From the NCBI GenBank assembly GCA_965178125.1, contig OZ237744.1, positions 868,001 through 932,000 of the forward strand: DNA of 64,000 nt, in the 5' to 3' direction. Below are positions 1-11,703 of the stretch, piece after piece. A program made the translations under genes and the position numbers. The stretch's first letter is position 1; every line of letters begins with the position of its first letter. A model generated the notes under the pieces. The model saw nothing but the letters and a program-made list of their open reading frames with translations, was not told the origin of the DNA and ran no database searches. This stretch comes from Bilabrum cf. latius (taxonomy: Eukaryota).

Positions 1-2324
1 GCCACACGCGACGGATCCAAACACTCCGCCCGACACACAGGACGCATGAAGAACGCGCCCAGCGGCGACGTCTCCATGCATGTCCAATACCCGTCCTGGA
101 TGGCCGGCAGGGACTTGTTGACGGGCGGCGCCGTCAGCCTCCAGAGCGCCGCGCCCCTGTACCTGGCCTTGGGCCCCTACAGCACGGGCCGGTCGGGCGA
201 CAGGGGCTGAGGGCCGTCTGAAATGGACTGGCGTGACGGTGATTGACTCAAACTGGGGCCGGGTGCGGACTTATCGCTTGGGCTCTATACTCGACTACTG
301 GTTGATGATGCATTCCATGCACCTCTGGCTGGGGCCTGGTCCGGCATGCCATATCCTCCGATGGCGGCCATGCGGGTGGAGGCTGCAGCGGGGTAGTCCA
401 TGTGCACCAGATCGTACATGGGCGGCAGGAGCAAGCCGGACGGGTAGAAGTCTTTCCCCACATAGTAGCTCAGGTCGCATCCGAAACGCGGGGTGCGAGT
501 GCCGATGGGCTGCTTCCAGTACACGTCCCTGATCCAGTCCTTCACGGCCTGCTACACGGCGGGGCTGCCAGGTGTCTGGTTCCTGGGAGCCACGGGGCTG
601 CATGTCTGCGTGGCGACACAGGACGGATCGTCCAAGATGACCTGCGCAGATGCGATAGAGCCAAATTCAACCGATTGCGTCCCGTCGGTAGTACTTATTG
701 CTTGATTCGGAATCGGTCTTCCTTCCGGATCGCACAGCATGGATCCAGCGTCTGAGTAGTCGTAGAGCGCACCACCATCCGGGGATAGCACAGACGGGAT
801 GGAGGCTACGTTCATCATCGTCTGCACCACGTACCCTTCATTGATGCGCCACGGGTAGGCGACACGCGGGAAGTCGGTTGGGTCAGTCGTTGCTTGCACA
901 ACCATCTCGGCCACCGTCCCGGGGGGATACACCACGGTGAGGAGCTGATGCCACCTGTTGTCGACACCTGCCCCTGAGGATGGAAACCGGTAATCAAGGG
1001 TACCTGGCGGGTTGGGGATGTGGGCTGCCTGACTCTGCAAGGTGGTCTCTCGGGCGACAAAGCTGTTTTGTGGGAAGGCCTTGGCTGACGCGGCCCAAGG
1101 CTAACCAACGTCATTGTAGCAGTCGCGCGGATCGGACGTGGCGTTCCAGTTGGATCCACGCCAAAGCGTGGCCTGCCTGCATGTGTCATTGGGTGCTAGG
1201 GGTACTCCGGCAGGCGTGCACACATCGCCCAGCTGCACGGCCGGGCAATCTGCGACGGGGATGTTGTATTGCGCGACCATGGAGGCCTGCACTGGAAACA
1301 AATAGGTACCTGGGACGAGGCTATGCCCATGCGCAACGTTGTCCCGCACGCTGGAGTAGTACGTCGGCGCCCACGGACGCTTGGATTCCCCGACAGGTGT
1401 TGCTCCCGGGTACCTCTCGTATGAACCGCTCAGGAGCGGGCCCTGCACGGCGGTACCCGCCCGGGATACGTGTGGGACAAACGAAAATACCCACTCCTCC
1501 GTCGTCCACGGCTCCACTGATCGAGTCGGAGGCAACAATGCGCTGCTCCGAGGAGACACACCCACAGCATATGGGGCCTCCTGCGGGGATGCTGCAGCCG
1601 GGTACCTCCCGTCCATCGGGGCCGACAGCGTCGCGTTCACCAGACACTCCCCGATGGCCGCAGAAGTGCCGTCAGTGCCGTTCTGCCTGCACGCCGCGAT
1701 CGGACCCATCGAGCCTCCAGTGCCCCCAGGCATGGCCCCGCCCCACTGCCATCGAGACATGTTGCCTGGGACCCGAGGGGTCCATGGGATAGGCACCAGC
1801 TCGCAGCCGGCCAGGTCAGCGCCATCAGGAGACGGGCGCGCCGCGGCATCGGCAGAGTCGATGACACGCTTGTCTCGAGTGGCATGGACACCGATGCCGA
1901 TGGAGCTGGGGCCCCGAGTGGCGAACCAGGTGGCTGCAGGAAACAAAAACTGAGAATTACATCGGACTCACGACGAATATACATAGACGAGCTCGACAAT
2001 ACTTGATTTAATGCAATTCAGAAGGAATGCTTGCAAAATATGGGTCTAGGTAGTACCAGGCTGAGACGGCAGCAAGGCCTAGGCTATGTCCCGAGCGTTC
2101 ATCATTTCCGACAAATCGTCGTGATCCGATGGTAGGAATGTCGAGACCAACATGATTCCAGCAAAATTCTCACAATTACATTTGGACACTTCCCCGCTGC
2201 CAATAAGTTGAATTTGGGGGCCAGCAGACTGCATAGCTTGCTGCACATGAACAGCAATCGTCGAACGACTCCCAAGCTATGACACGACCAAGAGCCACCT
2301 TATGAACGACACACGAGCTGACAT
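1..2324 (-). CDS. Cys/Trp/Pro-rich hypothetical protein, possibly secreted; 3' end runs off the window
   Basis: ORF-track pieces 1101..1946, 552..1040 and 285..545 share one frame, are separated only by TAG, and the frame stays open to position 1. A tentative first exon (ATG 2324, MSARVSFIRWLLVVS...) joins in frame through a GTGAGA...CCTGCAG intron at 1934..2173. The 5' structure is uncertain. Confidence 0.6.
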
Positions 2325-2970
2325 TGCCTTAAGAGTTTGATACAGAGCTGCTGACTTCTAATCGACCTGTCAAGATCAAGTGAATCCAGAAATAACCCAA
2401 AACCCGCACCGTGAACCTGAACGGACCTTGCAATCGTCGGGAACCACTCGAGTATATTGTAAGGGCGATAGACCACTAATGTGTATACAAGCCGATCTAA
2501 TCTAATATTTGCCTGCTAGAGTGCCAGACCTTGAACGAATGCCGAGTAAATCTAGCCAAGACTCATCTGGATACTTGCGACCTCTCGGTGCTCGTCGTGG
2601 TCGCACTGAAAATGCGTGTTTGTCCCACCTGTCAGGTGGCATGCGTGGCATACAGGAGTAAAATGCGATTGCATTATTCTGGTCTCCAAGCAAAATCCTT
2701 CGGCAAGCGATTGATTGAAACCTATGCCAAGGAAGACGAGTCTCGAGGCGGCAAAAGTTTCTCACGAATCACAGAGTCCCTCATAACAAGTCAACTACTG
2801 TTGTTATTGCCAATTCAAATACCAGCTCTGTTGCAGGCCATTGAAGCCCCCTTTCGCAACCTAGCTTGTGTACATAGAGGCCTGATCGCTCAAGAACCCC
2901 ACAAAGCCCCAACAGCACCGGTCAAAAAAATCTGGTCCTAAAAATGCTGGCAAGATCCCCCCGAATGTCA

Positions 2971-4098
2971 TTAGTCCTGGTCCTCTGGCCAGATGCCCAG
3001 GCTGAAGGTTCCCTCAAACGTCTGCCCAGGAACTAGCACGCTCATCCCGTCGTGGTTGTTGTAGGCGTCCGCCATGGCGCTCATCGGCTCCATCGCGACT
3101 CCGCTCGCGCCCCATAGCGAGCGAGCGCCGGTGAACACGTGGAACCAGCGGTAGTGGTGGTCGCCCTGCAGCCGCATGACCGCCCCGTCCCCGCCCTTGT
3201 CTGCGATCCTGAACGAGAGCGACGGGCAGGACACGTCCCCTGCCAGGGCTTTGTACTCGTTGTCCAGGTAGGTCGGGTCCTCGGACGTTCCTCCTATGGG
3301 ATGCTTCCCGTCGAAGCCGTTGAACGGGGTGAACGTGCCGGTCGGGATGAGACTCCCGTTCCTGGGTGCCCCTGCTGGCATGTCAACCTGCACCCATCGG
3401 CTGCAGGGATCCAGCTGCAGGACGGCCTTGCTCACGTCAGACACCTTAAAGTACGGGTGCGCCCCGTGAAAGAAGGGGAGTGGGCGGCCGTCCTGCTGCT
3501 CGCTCGTCATCATCGTGTGCACGAACAGGGCGTGCTCGCCCAGCGTGTACCGGATGCGGATGGTCGCGTTAAAGGGCCAGCCGGCGTGCTCACCGGCGTA
3601 CAAGCGTGCTACTAGCGTCACGCTGGCATTACTCTCCCCGCCTTCAGAGCTCTCGACGTGGAGGCTCCTGTTGAACAGGAAGCCGTGCAGCGCGTCGCTC
3701 CTGGATGGGTTCACCTCGTTGTGAGGCAGGTGGAACACAGTTCCAGTGTATGGCCACATTTCATAGTTTCCATTTGAAATCCGATTGGCCCATGGAGCCA
3801 GCATTTCTCCGTAGTAGTGTGCGTTCGCACGAATTGCTGACGCGTTCCCGTCGTGGCTGAGCAGAACCTGTCTGAGAGTGCTAGTACCCCCTGATGCTGG
3901 AAGGCTTAAGTAAAGCTATTCTATCCTACCACCCACGTCCTGCACAATCTCGGCAAACGCACCGCTCTCTGTGTTTTGGAGCCGAGTAGCAGCTACAGAA
4001 TCTGGCCCACTGCCAATCCTGATCTATTTCGACTCAAACTTGACAGCGGTTACTGCTGCTGTAAATGATAGTAATATTGCACATATTGGCACCATCAT
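2971..4098 (-). CDS. Aldose 1-epimerase / galactose mutarotase-like protein with N-terminal signal peptide (375 aa)
   Basis: Motifs LAPWANRI, ALHG, GWPF, HPYF, YLDN and AMEPM. Reading through two TAGs extends the ORF to MMVPICAILLSFTAAVTA, a hydrophobic signal peptide. Ends in TAA. Confidence 0.85.
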
Positions 4099-4206
4099 TT
4101 TTCTCTCAAGTAGGAAAAATTGCCTCCGGCGGCGGGCTCTCTTTCTGCAAGCAGCTCCGGATCCGAGACTGTCCGTTTGGGACAATAGCTCAATATCTCG
4201 TTCAAA

Positions 4207-4517
4207 ATGGCATCAGGAGGGGTGAGATATTCATCACGAGTTCAAATCCATACACCTTTCGGCCCCATTCATTCTTTCGTACGTAGACTTTCCGGCTATC
4301 GCAGGGTCAGGGCGTATCCGAGATCATCCCAAAGTCAGGTCTCGTATTCTCGGAACGAAGTAACCTTAGCGAGATTCTCTGCAAGCCGAAAACTCTTCCC
4401 ATCAAGAGCATGGTCATTAAGAAAATGGAGCAGCTGGAGAAGGAAGTTGCTGCGCAGGCTAGTGGTGCAGGCGCCAGTGGTATCACTGGCCGAGCGGTGA
4501 CAGCCGGTGGCAGATAA
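4207..4517 (+). CDS. BBIP1: BBSome-interacting protein 1 (BBIP10/BBS18), ~75 aa, two exons
   Basis: Exon 1 MASGG, intron 4222..4304 (GTGAGA...TCGCAG, phase 0), exon 2 GQGVSEIIPKSGLVFSERSNLSEILCKPKTLPIKSMVIKKMEQLEKE. This matches the BBIP10 signature EVLPKQG...VLCKPKLLPLKS...KLEKM. Ends in TAA. The ORF track does not show it. Confidence 0.85.
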
Positions 4518-4558
4518 TAGCTCGGTCTGGTAGTTTCATATATTTTTCATGTTTTTAA

Positions 4559-7306
4559 TTAAAAACTCTCAATGTCTTCGTCATTCTAGGTCAGAGAACA
4601 CCCCAAAATGTCATCAATGAGGCTCTGGTGGCTCCGAACGGCATCGCGATACTCGCGAGCTGGCGGCAGAGACCCAGGCACCATGGGCGAAGAAGGGGCC
4701 CACCCACGACTACTGTCATTGTCCGTTCCATACGCTTCTTGCTGCGGGTCCGCGCTGCGCTGATCAAGCCGCGTTGGTGCTGTCGGTTGCGGCTGCGCGT
4801 GGTTGGGCTGGTCGTTGCCAACCACGGTCTCAGCATCTGAGTCTCCATCATCCATTGGAGGCTGGGCTGCAGTGCTCTGCTGAGGTTCTAGCGCATCACC
4901 ATTCTCTCGCAGAGTCGCGCTACTACCAGCGTACTCCACCTGCGGTCCAGGCGATGGCTCCGGCCCCCCTCCCCCGCTCCCTCCTACACCTCGCTGCTGA
5001 GTACGGAAGCCTGCCGGTTGCTCGAGTGTGTCTCCTTCCCCCAGGGCAGCGATCAAGTCACTCGGAGACAAGTCCTCGTCCGAGTCGCCCCCCAGCATGT
5101 CATCCTCATCGGCCTCCATGCCGGACGAAACCTGCATGGGCACGGCGCCACAGGGGGACTTCGCCCGTGGCTGCCCGAGCGGCTGGCCGGCGCTGCCCGG
5201 AGCTATCTTGTCTCTGTGTTGATACTAGACAGGACTGTGACCTGCAGCCGGCAGTGACACTGGCTGGGTCAGTGCAATTTCTGTGCGCTACACCGTGACC
5301 GGCGAGGCGGCGCTGTGAGGCGTCATGGCCATCTGCCCGGGTGGTCGCTGGTGTGCAGAGCTTGCCGTGTTGCGAGCAGTGCCTGGCCCTGGGACTTCGG
5401 CTGCACGGTGTCTGCCGATGTTACCGATCATCGCCACTAGACCTCTGCGTCCAGTCTGCTAGCCAGTAGGACGGGATGCATCGCCAGGCACCGCCCTCTC
5501 CTTCGCCCCGTCCTCTGCACCTTCCTCCTCCGACGAGCTGGACAGCCTAAGGCTCTCGCTGTCGGAGGAGGAAGAAGATGGAGAGGATGAGGGGGTCTCA
5601 GCCTGCCTTGCGTCCTCAAAGCTGACAAAAGTCTGACTTGCCGACATTGATGCTCCTTTACCCACGTGTCGCGACCCCGTCGGGTCCCTCGGCCGATGCT
5701 GCGCCCTTCTGCCCCGCCTACCACCGTGCCACCCGCGGCTGCCACTCGATGCACTCGAGTCGCTGCCCTCGTCTTCATCGTCACCGCTCTCCTCGCTATC
5801 GTCGTAGAGGTGCGGCGTGGCTGCAGGGGCAATGGGTGCGAGCAGGGCAGCCAGTGCCGCTCGGATTGGGTCCTGTGACGCAGCCGGCTGAGCAGCCGTC
5901 GCAGCACCCGGAGCGGCGAGGGACAGGCAGGGCTGCGTGCAGTTGGCCAGGGATGGGGAAGCCCCCGAATCGAAAAGCGCTGATATCTCCTCTCCTGATG
6001 CGAGCTCATCGCGCGACGGAGGGGGCCTGTCTTGCTTGTTTGACGGTCCAGCACCCGCGCCGGTGCCCTCGATTCCTGGGGCGACGCCAATGACGCTGTC
6101 AGAGGACAGCGAGTCCGAGTCGGAGCTCGAGTCATCCAAAGCGTCCAGCTGAGACGTTTGGTTGTCACATGCGCTCTGGGTCGGCAGAGCTGCGTGCTAG
6201 ATCGCAGGCTGCGATGCGGCACTCGCTGGCTGGGAGACAGGCTAGGTAGTCGCGGTTGGAGTGCCAACAGAGCTTACCAGAAGGCTGGACGCAGCCGCAG
6301 CCAATCTAGCCTGCAGCTATGATTGCGCCAAGACTGCCTACTAGTATGCTCGCTTCCACTGCTACGATTTGCGCCTGGCGCGCTGGTACTTGCTTCGCAG
6401 AGCACTCCGACCGCGGGCCGAGCGACGGCTTGAGCCCTTCCGCCGCTTGTCGTCATGACGCTCGGCCACATCATGCAGGTGCTGACGGTGCATCGAGCTC
6501 GATGCTACGTGTCTGCCCGTCGGTTGGGACAGCGGCACGTTTAGGGCGAATGGTTGCCGAGCCGAGCCAGCGGCGCTGCCGCTTGCTGGCAACGGAGTTC
6601 CGCTGGAGGTCTTTGCACTTGGCGTCAATTCATCTGGAAGTCTCATCAGTGGAGCTGTTGCTGGAACACGATACGTGCTGCTGGCGGCGTAACCGTGTGG
6701 GGCAGATGGGGTGCGTACTTGCGATGCTCCGACTGAGCTGGTGCTGCCGCACTGGGCATCTTCTGTGCCGCTCGGACATTCCTTAGCAACCGCATCCAGC
6801 GGGATTTGACCTGATCGAATTAATTGCACTAATTGCTCGACGCATTCCCTCTTCCTAGTTGCATCGTGTACAGCCTGTCCGGCTTGGCTGAGCATAAACA
6901 CGAGCTCAGGTCGTGAGAACGACAAATTGACGTGCCACTCTGAAGCTAGGTCCCCGCCTGCAGCAGTTCTGAGTCTAATAAGCAGCTGTCGGTACTTCTA
7001 CGAGTCTCGCATTCGCTTTTTGTCGTGAGGAGTTAGAGCTAGCACTCCTGGAAGCTGCTTTACGCCAATCTGCGCTTCGGTATCCGATTCAAAGCCCCCG
7101 AAAGCTTCATCGAGCGCATCCAGCTGACTCATTGGCTATTTGCTAGACTATTCTGCAAATTTGATCTGGCTTGTGTCGAGTTCATCGAAATCTGTTGGCA
7201 TGGGAGCGACTTGAGCACAGGCAGCCGGCACCGCCGGCCTTCGAATGAAGCCGCCTTGGCGTTTAGGTGCGTGTGAAGCACTGAGACGACCAATAAATCC
7301 ATCCAT
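4559..7306 (-). CDS. Hypothetical low-complexity acidic/Ser-rich protein (~915 aa); possible SAP/HeH-like helical motif near the N-terminus
   Basis: Pieces 6362..6925, 5459..6139 and 4586..5143 share one frame and only TAGs lie between them (e.g. WKRAY**AVLAQS*LQARL). Ends DIESF-TAA at 4559. ATG at 7306, with an alternative at 7201. Confidence 0.7.
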
Positions 7307-7460
7307 TATTATCAAGTAATAGTACTTGCTTAAGTGGAATACTATTTATTCTAAATTATCAGTGCTACAGAAAATGTGCTCGCTCCAGCGCTCGTTTGAT
7401 CCGATCTTCAAGGTTCGTGCTCTAGCAATGGTCGCACAAGTAAGTCGCACCAGAAGAAAC

Positions 7461-8861
7461 TCACTTCCTTCTTTTCTTGCTACCCCCAGAGGAGGACGGA
7501 GCCTTTCCAAAGAAACTGGCTAGACTTTTCATCCCAGTTGCCCCCTTACTCCCCTTCTTTGCCGGCTTCTTTTGCTTCGTGCCTCCGGCTGCCTTCGAGT
7601 GGATTGCTGACGCCTTGCCAGCGGGTCGACTTGCTTCAGGCTTGCCCGATGCATGCTTCGAAGCGGCTTCCAAGCTACCTACCGAGCTTGGCGGTGCGCG
7701 TTTACGGACCTGCGAGGTGCCGAGAAGGTCTCTCGAGCTGATCCCCAAAGCGTCTGCCGCAGCCACCACCCAGTGATCGGCGAGGTAGGATGCAATCATC
7801 CGGAGCCCTTCCAGGAGATGCTCGCTTCGCGGACGAGCGCGCCCCTTCGCAACAGCAGCAGATGCTGCAGCCCCTCCCGTGCCAACTGCAGCTGCGGCAC
7901 CTTCGCCGCTCGCAATCGCAATGGCAGAGCTGGACACGGAGAATCCTCCCGCGGGCCCAGACTGCTCCTCCCCTCTCGCGACCTCCTCCCCGATGCTTCT
8001 CGCCGCTGCAATCGCCTTGGCCGCCACCCAAGCAATTGCTCGTTTCTCATTAAGGCGATACAGGCGCATGTCATCTCCAAATTTGTCGTCGACGTCGCAT
8101 AGATCCAGTAGTGCATCGCTTGCGGCCAAGGCGGCGCCGATGTGGTGCAGGTTGGACCAGTCGCCCACCGGAGGTCGGGGCTATTTCGCATTGCTGTCAG
8201 GAGCCTGTAGGTTTAATGATGATTCGCTGGTCGTGCCTGCGGGTTGCGGCGCTTCTGGACCGCCCCCTTTCTGTGGCGTGGCATGCGCTGTGCCACTCGA
8301 AGTGCTAGCCGCGGAACTCGCACCTGGTAGGACACTTGTCCCCGACGCGAATCCCTGTGTTGTAAAGGCTGAGATTATTTGATTGATTGGGCTCTTTCGT
8401 TCCTTTGCCGCCTCCAACAGCGGCAGCAATATGAATCCAGCATCCAGAGGAGACACTACGAACAGACGCCCATCTGCGACAGAATACAAGTCATCCACCG
8501 GGTACGCCGTGAAATATATGAATGCATATGCTGCATCTACTCGTACGCCGTCTCACCTCGCTTTACGGTCTGGTCAATAAACATTGAACCTTGAAATCTA
8601 GAACTAAACTCGGTCATCTCGAATAAAGAGCCACCTTCTGAACTAATTTCGTGCAATACTAGTTTGCTTACTGCATTTGAAATAGAAGGACTTCACGACG
8701 ACGGTCTGGAAGCCATGCAACTGGAGATAAATGCAACCATGGCACGATATTCAAAAAAACGTACCTCCACCAACCGGGATGCGGACGGCATTGAGACGAA
8801 CATCGCCCAATGACCGGCTTAAATACCCCTTATCAACAAGTATTACCTCTCCTGAAGACAT
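7461..8861 (-). CDS. RNASEH2B: Ribonuclease H2 subunit B
   Basis: Splicing introns 8671..8764 and 8474..8556 gives SMFIDQTVKRDGRLFVVSPLDAGFILLPLL, then LCDV...YRLNEKRAIAW and a C-terminal PIP box MKSLASFF. One internal TAG at 8181. Ends in TGA. Confidence 0.85.
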
Positions 8862-8955
8862 GTAGTACACTTGATGACTGATGGGAAGCACGACACAAAA
8901 AGTGATGATGAAGATGCATTCGCCAAAACACCGGCGGCTGATATGAGACCGGCGC

Positions 8956-11331
8956 TCAAGCATCCGAGGCGCCGGCATTCAGTAGGATTTGAACGCACCT
9001 CTTGTGGCCGCGTACCCTGGCTGCCTGCAGCGCTGTCATGCTCACCCCGCCAAGCACCCCCACCGAATCGAGCCCGCCGGCAAGCTGCCCCAACCCGATC
9101 CGACTTGCGAGCTCCGATGCCCTCCCAAGGGCTGCAGCCCGAAACACCAGAACCGCGTCCCTCCGCGCCTCCCACGCCCGCCGGAAGTCCAGGACCGCCA
9201 TCCGCCTGGTCTGTCGTCGCATGGGTCCCGCCCACAGGGCGTTCTGCACTAGGCGCCTGCTCTTCACCAGCACTCGAGCAGGACCCACGTCACACTGGCT
9301 CACGAGGCCCCGCAGTGCGATGCACAGCCCCTCAATCTGTTTCGGGTTGAATACCGACCCATTGAGCATGAGCTCGACCAGCCCGGGGTTCAGCTGCACC
9401 ACCCGCGCCAGGAACCCCATGGGCTTCTTGCTGCGTGGCACATCCGCGAGGGAGGCCTTTCTCAGGGAACAAGCGCGGGGCTGTCCGTGCGAGGCAGACC
9501 GGAGCACGAGCGACTGCAGCAATTGCTCGCAGGCAGGCGCCTTGTGCCCGGCCACCGTGCAGCTGATCTCCTCAAGCATCTCCAGCGCGGGGATACCCTC
9601 CGCTAGCAGCTCTAGGTTGGTGGGAGCCAGCGGCTAGGGGAGGCGGAGCACGCGCAAAGCGCGCAAAGAAGACAAAGAGCGTAACCCGCTCCTTGGGGCC
9701 AGGATGATACCGTTGAGTTCCAGGTGTGTGAGCCCCGGGCACTTGCTTCCGATTGCCTGCAGCAGCGTGTTCACGCCGCCCTCGTCTTCCACTGGGCCGT
9801 ACTAGTTCACGGACTGCAGTACCAGCTGCTTGAGGCCGCTGGAACCTAGCCTGAGCAGGTGTTTTGCGAGTTGCTTTGACGTCTCGCTCACCCTCTTCTC
9901 GAGATCGAGGTGCAGGCTCTCACCCGGCTGGTCCGGTCCCACTAGCGCGGCCAGCATGGCAGCATCCGTCTTGTTCCCCGAGACAGGCACGTACTCGCCC
10001 AGCGGGATCCTCAGATGGCGGATGCGGCTGGGGCTGGCCTTCAGCAAAGCGAGGACCCTGAGCGTGTCAGTGATAGCGGCGCCGTCGAGTGCGAGGTGGA
10101 GCTCGCGCAGCCCGGGGGCGGCGCAGTCGTCCTTGCCGGCCTTCACCGCCCCGCCGCCCGACGCTTGCATGAGACGGGCCTGCCCCTTGACTAGGCCCGC
10201 GATGCCGCGATGAAAGTGCTTGTTGGGCCCTTTCAAGCTTTCGCTGTCGTTGCCCTGATCATCGGATTCATCGTCCTCTTCGTCTTCGTCTTCGTCTTCG
10301 TCTTCCTCTTCGTCTTCGCAGCTATCGTAAAAGTCGTTGCCAGCGCCATCCATGAAGCCGGAATCAGGGCAGTACTCCAGGATCGCCTCCACCCGAAAGA
10401 CACGCAGGCCTGCGTGCACTCCCGCCGCGCGGCCCAGCGTGGCAAAGCCGGGCCCCGGAGGCATCGTGCGCCGAAACCTGAGCGAGAGCTCTTGCAGGCG
10501 AGAGAGGCCCCCTGCCCTTGCCATCGCCTGGGCAGCACCTTTCAAAATGCCGTCACCTGCCCACGAATCGGCCAGTTTCAGCTTTCGAAGATTCGCGGCA
10601 TGCTGCAAGACCCGGCCCATCCTGCAGTCGGGCTTCTTGGGCTTGTGCGGGCCCTCGTCATACCCGTCCAGTGCCCAGGAGAAGGGCGAGCTGCCTGAGA
10701 GCTCGAGATACTCAAGCTGTTTCACTCTGCTTGCAACTCCTCTCCTAAGCAAGTCCTCTGCGACATTTCCGGGCACCATGGTCACGTTGACCGCGAGGTG
10801 CCGTGCACGACGCAGGCAGCGGATGGCATCCACCACCATGTCCGCGCCAAAGTGGCCGTCTGCGATGCTTACCTCAAAATCACGAAGCTTAGACAGCCCC
10901 CGTACATTTTTGAGGACTGCAATAAGCTTGGTCATCTCGCACCCGCTCGGATAGCTCTTGCTGGTAGTGTGCCGGATCCGAAGCGTCTGCGGGTAGCGCG
11001 CGCGGAGGAAGGCATCAATGATCGCCGCTTCACAATCCCCGGGCTCAACATTGCCAGACCCGACGATATCGAGCAAGCGAATGTTGTCCCAGTTGCTCTC
11101 TATTCTATCTGCGATTTCATAGACCGCGTCCTCTTTCTGAAGCAGGCGTCCACTAGCCACAACTCGTACCTCCTCGAGACGCTCGTCGTCTTCCCATTTC
11201 TGTACATCTTGAGAGCGAGTCCATCTAGGAGCAAACACCTTGCCGAGGCAGCCATCGATTGGCAGTGTCTCGTTTGCGGTCCTCATCTTTGCTGGGTTAG
11301 ATCTAGGCACGTTCAATACCAAAGAGTTCAA
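8956..11331 (-). CDS. Leucine-rich-repeat (RNI-like) protein with C-terminal ankyrin repeat(s); 5' end uncertain
   Basis: Repeated LxxLxL motifs (LEYLELSG, LRKLKLAD, LQELSLRF, LRELHLAL, LTHLELNG) and an ankyrin motif TALQAARVRGHKRCVQILLNAGA. Pieces 9802..11331 and 8956..9579 are in frame across TAGs. Ends in TGA. The first in-frame ATG is at 11286. Confidence 0.7.
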
Positions 11332-11703
11332 AATCTAGCCCACTTCTGGATCTAGGTCTCCCGCAAATACTCCAATGTGTAGGAACTGTCGTGCAAAATG
11401 TAACTAACTTGATCAGATTGCTCTCTGATTTGCCAGTGTACTATCAGTCAACTTCGCATCTGCCCGCCATCAATCGCTGCGGAACCAGTGGCGGACTCAA
11501 GGTGGCGCGGCGCCACGATCCGTTGGTGGAGATTCTGCGGGTCCAAAGCTTGCACACATCCGAGGCTAACCGAAGAAGTGAAGTATCCGGTCGCTTGCTG
11601 ACAGTACGAGATCGAAAGGGCCTTGAAGCGCACTTTGCAACCAACCAATACAGGTCACTTGTCCGAGGTGCAACTCTGAACTGGCTGCTGGTACCTGCAC
11701 TGT

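Noticed and set aside
2531-2941. 136-aa + strand ORF in the gap between the first two genes
   Set aside because: TTG start, no recognisable motif and lower GC. It cannot be supported without expression data.
4236-4252. GTTCAAATCC B-box / possible tRNA (e.g. a CUA suppressor)
   Set aside because: The flanks do not form a T-stem or cloverleaf, and it lies within the BBIP1 intron. I found no tRNA in the window by eye.
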